Source of the DNA: Acidobacteriaceae bacterium
GTDB taxonomy: Bacteria; Acidobacteriota; Terriglobia; Terriglobales; Acidobacteriaceae
Reading direction: 5' to 3'
Assembly: GCA_003161045.1 (NCBI GenBank)
Contig: PMPH01000019.1
Location: 1,925 to 65,924, forward strand
Length of the DNA: 64,000 bases
Shown here: positions 58,444 to 64,000 of the stretch, piece after piece
How the letters are laid out: each line of letters begins with the position of its first letter
Numbering within the stretch: position 1 is the first letter of the stretch
Program-made: the position numbers and the translations under genes
The notes under the pieces: generated by a model
The model's input: the letters and a program-made list of their open reading frames with translations, nothing else
The model's database searches: none
Told to the model about the DNA's origin: nothing

Positions 58444-59316
58444 TTACTCCCGCTCTTCCAGCCGCGCCGTCACCTGCTCGACCAGGCGATCCAGCTCGGC
58501 GGTACTCATTTCCGCGGCCGGGCTGGCCAGTTCGGGATAGAGGCGGAAGCGGGCGTCGGGCAGCCCCATGCGCCGCTTGAGCGCCAGAATCTCCCGGATT
58601 TTGTTCTCGGGAATGAAGTTGAGTGGCTCGCCGATCTGTTTGGCGACCAGGTAGGTCTTGCAGCAGGCGTCGAGAATCTCGGCCAGGTGCTCAGCGCGGG
58701 TCACGGTGTCGGACCAGCAGACCACGCCATGGTTTTGCAGCAGGATCGTGTTGTGATCCTGGACAAAGGGCAGCACCGTATCGGCGAAAGCCTGTGTGCC
58801 GGGGGTTTCATAGGGCGCCACCGCTGGCTGGCCGATGAAAATCTCGTACTCGGTGATCAGCCCATTGGGAGGAAACGTCCCGGTGACGGCGAAGGCCGTG
58901 GCGTAAGGCGGATGGCAGTGCACCACGGCGCGGGCCCGGGGGTTGGCCTTGTAAATCCCCAGGTGCAGCGGCAGTTCGCTGGTGCGCGCCCGGTCGCCGG
59001 CCAGAATATTGCCATCCAGGTCCGAGAGGCAGATGTCGGCCGGCTCCATGTCGCCCTTGCTCACCATGGTGGGCGTGCAGAGCACGTAGCGCGAGCCCAG
59101 GCGGGCGCTGATATTGCCGCCGTTGCCGTCCACGTACTGCCGCTCCCACAGCTTGCGGCCAACGCAGACGATTTCGGCGCGCAAGGCATTGGCTTCAAAT
59201 GAGTTGGCCAGCACCAGCGGAGAGTCCTCTTCGGCCTTCGGCGCGCGCAGAACCTCGACCACGGCCTGCACCACTTCCCTCACCTGTTCAGCGACCTCTT
59301 CAGTTCTCTGCTGCAT
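58444..59316 (-). CDS. Class II aldolase/adducin family protein
   Basis: DGNGGNIS, TSE..LH, VVHCHPPYATAF, YETPGT, LLQNHG. Confidence 0.92.
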   Translation of the reverse strand: MQQRTEEVAEQVREVVQAVVEVLRAPKAEEDSPLVLANSFEANALRAEIVCVGRKLWERQYVDGNGGNISARLGSRYVLCTPTMVSKGDMEPADICLSDLDGNILAGDRARTSELPLHLGIYKANPRARAVVHCHPPYATAFAVTGTFPPNGLITEYEIFIGQPAVAPYETPGTQAFADTVLPFVQDHNTILLQNHGVVCWSDTVTRAEHLAEILDACCKTYLVAKQIGEPLNFIPENKIREILALKRRMGLPDARFRLYPELASPAAEMSTAELDRLVEQVTARLEERE

Positions 59317-59668
59317 GGCTGACCTCGCGCTTGAGCTAAAGCATTTCGGAATTGCTGTAGACCGAAGCCTCGCACTCAAAAATACTACGTTCATTTCGAA
59401 AATGCTTTGAATGACCGGGAGCCGGCAACTGCCAGCATTTCCCTCTGCCACCGGTATTTCCCTCAGATTATATAGAGCCCCGGCCGGAAAACTGCTTCTA
59501 CAGCCGCGGCGGCAAATAAGATGGCCAGCCGAGCGCTGAAATGATGGGAAGAAAGGCTGGAATGAGCTACTCTAAAGGCGCGGGAAGGTGGCCAAAGTTG
59601 CAGTTCAGCAGCTTGCGCCAGCGGCTGATAAGCCCTTCAGCCGCAGATTTAAAACCAGGAGATTCGGA

Positions 59669-60265
59669 ATGATCGACAGCATGCGCAGCAGCTTTGCACC
59701 CCGCATCGCCGTTTTTGCGGCGGCTCTCCTGTTTGCCGCCGCACTCGGCGCGCAGACTCAGGCCGCGCCCAACGCGCAGACCCCGTCCACGCAGAGCCAG
59801 GAATGGAAAACCTACAGCTTTCCCGCGGATGGATTCAGCGCCGCGTTCCCCCCCGAGCCGGCTTTGCAGAAGAAAAATGTTCCCACTGACGCCGGCAACT
59901 TCGAATTGCGCGCCTATCTCGCGCAGGATGGTCAGGCCGCGGTCTTCGTCGGGGTTTGCGACTACGGCGCGGCGGTCGCGGGCAGAAACCCCAACACCGT
60001 GCTGGACGGCGCTCAAAAGGGGGCCATTGACAACGTCAGCGGCCACCTCACCAGAGGGAAAATAATCACCTTCGGCATCTATCCCGGCAGAGAGTTTGAG
60101 GCCGAGAATGACACCATGCACTTCTACGCGCGCATCTACCTGGTGGGCACCACGCTCTACCAGACGCTAGCCGCCTCACCGCTCGGGCAACCATACGCCG
60201 GCGCCACGCGTTTTCTCGACTCATTCCAGTTGATCGCGCGCGTCAGCGGCGCGGCAACCCCTTAA
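59669..60265 (+). CDS. Exported hypothetical protein
   Basis: RBS AGGAG, signal peptide, FSAAFP..P, GIYPGREF, RFLDSFQL. Confidence 0.75.
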   Translation: MIDSMRSSFAPRIAVFAAALLFAAALGAQTQAAPNAQTPSTQSQEWKTYSFPADGFSAAFPPEPALQKKNVPTDAGNFELRAYLAQDGQAAVFVGVCDYGAAVAGRNPNTVLDGAQKGAIDNVSGHLTRGKIITFGIYPGREFEAENDTMHFYARIYLVGTTLYQTLAASPLGQPYAGATRFLDSFQLIARVSGAATP

Positions 60266-60294
60266 TCCAGAATCTGCTCACAGGGCCGGGCCGG

Positions 60295-60891
60295 TCAGTG
60301 TTCGGCGCGCGGGCCGGCCGGCGTCACCGCCAGAACCCGGCAGCGGTGTTTGCCGGCCGCGCTCCAGGCCAGCGCCATCTCGCTCTCCATGTAAGCGCAA
60401 TCGCCGGCCTCGAGCACCTCGTGCATTCCGCCGGCATCCAACTGCAACTTTCCTTCCAGCACGTACACTAGGCCGCTGGCCTCGCGGCAGGCGTCGGTGG
60501 CGCAGCAGGCGCCCCCGGCGGGAAACTCGATCATCTGCGCCACCAGCCGGACGCCTTCAGCCGGCGCATTCAGCGGGGTGGTCTTCACCGGCTCCAGTCC
60601 GCGGCTGTTGCCTAGCAGGTGGGCCTTGCGCGTGATCGAGAGCGTGTGCCGGGCGGGCTCGGAGAAAAAGTAGCTCATGCCCACGCCGTAGACCCGGCTG
60701 ATGGTGGCCAGCGTGGGCAGCGTGGGGATCATGCGGTCGGTCTCCAGTTTGGAGAGCAGCGCCGTGGAAAGCTGGGTCTCGGCCGCCAGGCGGGAAAGCG
60801 TGAGCCGCTTCTGAGTGCGCAGCGAGCGCAGCTTCATCCCGATGCAGTAAGGTTCAAGGGACCAGTGGGCATAGGAAACAGTCTTGGACAT
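60295..60891 (-). CDS. XRE family HTH plus cupin transcriptional regulator
   Basis: IGMKLRSLR..LTLSRLA..LLSKLE..PTL; YVLEGKL, LEAGDC. Confidence 0.9.
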   Translation of the reverse strand: MSKTVSYAHWSLEPYCIGMKLRSLRTQKRLTLSRLAAETQLSTALLSKLETDRMIPTLPTLATISRVYGVGMSYFFSEPARHTLSITRKAHLLGNSRGLEPVKTTPLNAPAEGVRLVAQMIEFPAGGACCATDACREASGLVYVLEGKLQLDAGGMHEVLEAGDCAYMESEMALAWSAAGKHRCRVLAVTPAGPRAEH

Positions 60892-60966
60892 GGTGGACTC
60901 CCTTTTCTCAGTTTGCCAGCCTCCGGCCTTGCACCGGCTGACGAATTCATGAAGTTTTTCTGAAGT

Positions 60967-61154
60967 CTAAGGAGCCTCTGCACAAGTCGATTCGGTCATG
61001 TTTTGAAAGGGCGTGGCTTTAGCCCCTGAGGGAATGCATTTTCGATAATTTACGTTCCCTCCGTGGCTAAAGCCATCCTTTCATCGCTGGCGTCTTGCGG
61101 CACGGCTAAAGCCGTGCCCTTTCAAAACAGCCGCTTCAGCAGGGCGATTCCTAA
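60967..61154. mobile_element. MITE-like element, copy 1 (CTAA direct repeats)
   Basis: CTAA|GGAGCCTCTGCACAAGT...GTTTTGAAAGGGCGTGGCTTTAGCC...GGCTAAAGCCGTGCCCTTTCAAAAC...|CTAA. Confidence 0.7.
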
Positions 61155-62059
61155 CTCTGCCCGTTTCCCATCCGCGCCACGCTGAACTGCGCCCCGGCAA
61201 AGAGGATCAGCCCCGAGATATAGGCCCAGAACAAGAGGCCCACGGAGACATAAAACGGCCCATAAAGCGCCTTCAGGTCCATGAGCGGCAGCACTTGCAC
61301 AAAAATCAGTTTGGCCCCGAGCCAGATGATGCCGGTAAAAATCGAGGTGCGCAGAACATGCCGCGCCGGAATCTTGCGGTTGGGCAGCAGCCAGTAGATC
61401 GAAAAGAAGAACAGGATCGAGGCCACGCCGGTCGAGACGGCCAGCCACATCCAGCTGATGCCTTGAAAGAGGAAGTTGTCCGTGTGGTGGAAGAAGAGAA
61501 AAGTCAGCAGTCGCCGCTGCCAGGCGCTGAGCAGAATGCTGATGAGCGCCAGCGTCACCATGAGGATCGCCAGCCCGAAGGCGACCACCTGGTTGGCCAG
61601 GTAGTTGCGGCTTTTGGTCACGCCCCAGGCCTGGTTCAACGCCACCTCCAGAGGCAGAAAAATGCCCGTGCAGGCGACCAGAATCATGATCAGCGAGAAG
61701 ACCTGCACTCCTTGGTGCGAGGCTGCGGCAGCCAGGCTGGCGGCCACAAACTCCTGGTTCGAGGGCAGGAAGTAGTGCACCATGTCGCTGACCACGCTGA
61801 CCATCATCGCGGAGTGGAAGATGGACCAGGAGAGCGTGTAAAGTAGCACAATGAACGGGATGAACGAGAGGATCGCATTGGCCGCCACGCTGAAGGCGTA
61901 GGTGTGCACCTCGCTGTCCAGCAGGTAGCGCACCAGGGCCGTGCCGTCCTTGCGCCAGCGGTACCACTTGGACTCTGTAGCCGGTTCCACCACATCGACC
62001 GCACGGACGCCCTCGGCTGCTGCTTCGCCCTGAGTCCCTGAATTTGAAACTTCCACCAC
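61151..62059 (-). CDS. YihY/BrkB family membrane protein
   Basis: AFSVAANAILSFIPF, ALNQAW, YWLLPN, LYG.F..LLFWAYISG.IL.GAQ; GTG start approximate. Confidence 0.88.
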   Translation of the reverse strand: MVEVSNSGTQGEAAAEGVRAVDVVEPATESKWYRWRKDGTALVRYLLDSEVHTYAFSVAANAILSFIPFIVLLYTLSWSIFHSAMMVSVVSDMVHYFLPSNQEFVAASLAAAASHQGVQVFSLIMILVACTGIFLPLEVALNQAWGVTKSRNYLANQVVAFGLAILMVTLALISILLSAWQRRLLTFLFFHHTDNFLFQGISWMWLAVSTGVASILFFFSIYWLLPNRKIPARHVLRTSIFTGIIWLGAKLIFVQVLPLMDLKALYGPFYVSVGLLFWAYISGLILFAGAQFSVARMGNGQS

Positions 62060-62280
62060 GTGTAACCCCTTTTCTTCAAGGCATTTTTCGAAGGCCGCAG
62101 AGCCGCCAAGAGTGCCACGCGGCAGTTGCGGCCTCACTTTATACTGACTCGAAAAATACTTCAGCCAAACCGCTGTCGCCAGCACTCTCACACGCGCGGC
62201 GCAACTTTCGGATGGCCTTTTTATAAAGAATAGCCTCTTGCGCGCCGCTCCGCTCCCACCCTCACCCGCGAGGTCAAGAT

Positions 62281-62504
62281 TTAAGGAAGCCCCGCACAAG
62301 TTATTCCGGCAATGTTTTGAAAGGGCGTGGCTTTAGCCACGCCGGTGGAAGCATACGTGAATTGTCGGGCTTTAGCCCTTGAGGGAATGCAAATTCAATC
62401 ACATCCATTCCCTCGGTGGCTAAAGCCACACCCGATTGGCTTGTCTTGCGGCACGGCTAAAGCCATGCCCTTTCAAAATAGCAACTTAAGCAGGGGTCCC
62501 TTAA
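62281..62504. mobile_element. MITE-like element, copy 2 (TTAA direct repeats)
   Basis: TTAA|GGAAGCCCCGCACAAGT...ACTTAAGCAGGGGTCCC|TTAA with the same internal palindrome as copy 1. Confidence 0.72.
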
Positions 62505-62510
62505 CGATTT

Positions 62511-64000
62511 TCAAGGCTCTGCTGCCAGCAAAGCCTCTCCTGAACACAGCCCCAGAATAGCCTCGCCAAATTTGTCTGCCTTGGCGGGCCCCATGCCATC
62601 GACTTCCAGCAATTCCCGTGTGTTTTTCGGTTGCCTCGCCGCCAGCGCCGTCAGCGTCCGGTCGTGCAGCACCACAAACGCAGGGACTCCCAGCTTTTTG
62701 GCTTCAGCCGCGCGCCACGCCTTGAGACGGGCGGCCACAGCCTCCTGCTCGGCGGTCAGAGGCGCCGGCGCGCTGGCTCCAGCAGCTCCCGCCGAACTGG
62801 TCTTTGCCGACAGCTTTCCCGAGCCATGGTTTTTAGCTGGGGCTTTTTCAGCGCGCCCGGACTTCGTTGTCCGCCCGCCAAACTCCTCGGCAATGCCGTC
62901 ACCGATCAACAGATTCAGTGGCGTTCCCGCCCGCAACTCCAATCCCGCCGCCGTCAGCAGCACCTTGCGAAAACGCTTCACTTCGCCATCTTTTTCGTAC
63001 TCGGCTTCCTGAATTTCGATCAATCCGGCGCGCACCATCGCATCCAGCAACCCATCGAAATCATTCCGGCTCAGGCGGCCCACCGGGTCGAGATTGCGTT
63101 GCAGCGTTCCCGCGGCCCTGTAATCGACTCCGCGCAGCTCGTCGGCAATGGCTTGCGCCAGTTCCCGTTCGACCGCCGTCGCCCGCCGGAAGAGCCTCAG
63201 CACCGCGCCCGCCGGGTCGCACACATCGCAGATTCCACAAGAGCGGCTGGCGTCCGCCACGTCGCCAAAGTGGCGCACCAGGGCCGCCATGCGGCACTCG
63301 GACGACGTGGTAAAGCGTAGCACTTTCTCAAATTGCTCGGCCCGGAACTGCGCCTGAATCGTATAGCTATTCTTCCAGCCCGTGCCTCCCAGGGTGACGT
63401 TGCCGCCAAAATCCACCCGCGCCCCGCCGTGAATCTCCAGCTTTTCGAGCGCCCGGTCGAACTCCTCCTCGCTCAACTTCGAGGCTGCCCGCAAATCCTC
63501 GACCGGCTGCGGCTCCTCGCCGAGCGCCTTGAAGACCTGCTGCAAATGGCTGACCGGCGGATAGTCGCGGTGGAGAAAAAAGTCGTGGGTCCGCTGGTCG
63601 GCGTAGCTGTGCATCAGGTAGGTCCGGCTGGGAGCGCCGTCGCGGCCCGCGCGGCCAATCTCCTGGTAGTAGCCTTCGAGGGTCGCGGGCAGCCCGGCGT
63701 GGATCACCGTGCGAATATCGGCCTTGTCGATGCCCATTCCAAAGGCGATGGTGGCCACCACGACCTCCAGTTCGCCGGCCTGAAAGGCGGTTTGCACCCG
63801 CTCCCGCGTCTCCGCCTCCAGTCCGGCGTGATAAGCCGCAGCGGGGATCCTGCGCCCCGCCGAAAGCGTCAAGGAGAGTTCCTCGGCGAGCCGCTCGGCA
63901 TTTTTTCGGGAGGCGGCGTACACAATCGCCGGCCGCCGGGCGGGATCGGCCAAAAGACGCGCAATCGCGGCGGGCCGCGCCGGCATCGCCAGCTCTACTA
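62511..64000 (-). CDS. recQ: RecQ family helicase, 3' part (runs off the window)
   Basis: YHAGL, VATIAFGMGIDK, YYQEIGRAGRDG, CR..FGD..CGICDVC, HRDC domain. Confidence 0.93.
   Translation of the reverse strand, partial: VELAMPARPAAIARLLADPARRPAIVYAASRKNAERLAEELSLTLSAGRRIPAAAYHAGLEAETRERVQTAFQAGELEVVVATIAFGMGIDKADIRTVIHAGLPATLEGYYQEIGRAGRDGAPSRTYLMHSYADQRTHDFFLHRDYPPVSHLQQVFKALGEEPQPVEDLRAASKLSEEEFDRALEKLEIHGGARVDFGGNVTLGGTGWKNSYTIQAQFRAEQFEKVLRFTTSSECRMAALVRHFGDVADASRSCGICDVCDPAGAVLRLFRRATAVERELAQAIADELRGVDYRAAGTLQRNLDPVGRLSRNDFDGLLDAMVRAGLIEIQEAEYEKDGEVKRFRKVLLTAAGLELRAGTPLNLLIGDGIAEEFGGRTTKSGRAEKAPAKNHGSGKLSAKTSSAGAAGASAPAPLTAEQEAVAARLKAWRAAEAKKLGVPAFVVLHDRTLTALAARQPKNTRELLEVDGMGPAKADKFGEAILGLCSGEALLAAEP

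Overview
GC-rich chromosomal window that looks like an Acidobacteriota (Terriglobia/Acidobacteriaceae-like) genome; this is inferred from gene content and the family of intergenic palindromic repeats. The housekeeping backbone includes hemQ, nth, ccsA-hemA-hemC-hemD, phoB/phoR-like, bshB1, yitJ, xseB, fliB, lpxD, lpxL, dcd, HU, priA, ROK kinase, cheAWYBR, cdd, a DEAD-box helicase and recQ. It is interrupted at about 6.3-26.0 kb by a ~20 kb tungsten-enzyme island. The island carries two aldehyde:ferredoxin oxidoreductase (AOR/WOR family) genes, an Fe-S subunit, a small CxxC-CxxC protein, a GlpC/HdrD-like CCG protein, moaD, moeB, moaA, three moeA paralogues, tupABC and a GAF-PAS sigma54 activator. 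Its regulatory wiring is readable in the DNA: two divergent intergenic regions each hold a tandem 17-bp palindromic enhancer (19-bp period) between outward-facing -24/-12 promoters. The second AOR keeps its Fe-S cysteines and pterin motifs but has lost the catalytic GPEYE segment, so it is a candidate pseudo-enzyme or new-function tungstoprotein. Other notable items are nested palindromic repeats (one set read in frame inside priA), two IS5-like MITEs bracketing yihY, an in-frame TGA in hemQ, a frameshift in cheA, an aldolase with microcompartment encapsulation-like peptides, two toxin-antitoxin pairs and an orphan two-gene unit. No rRNA, tRNA, CRISPR array, integrase or transposase was recognised.
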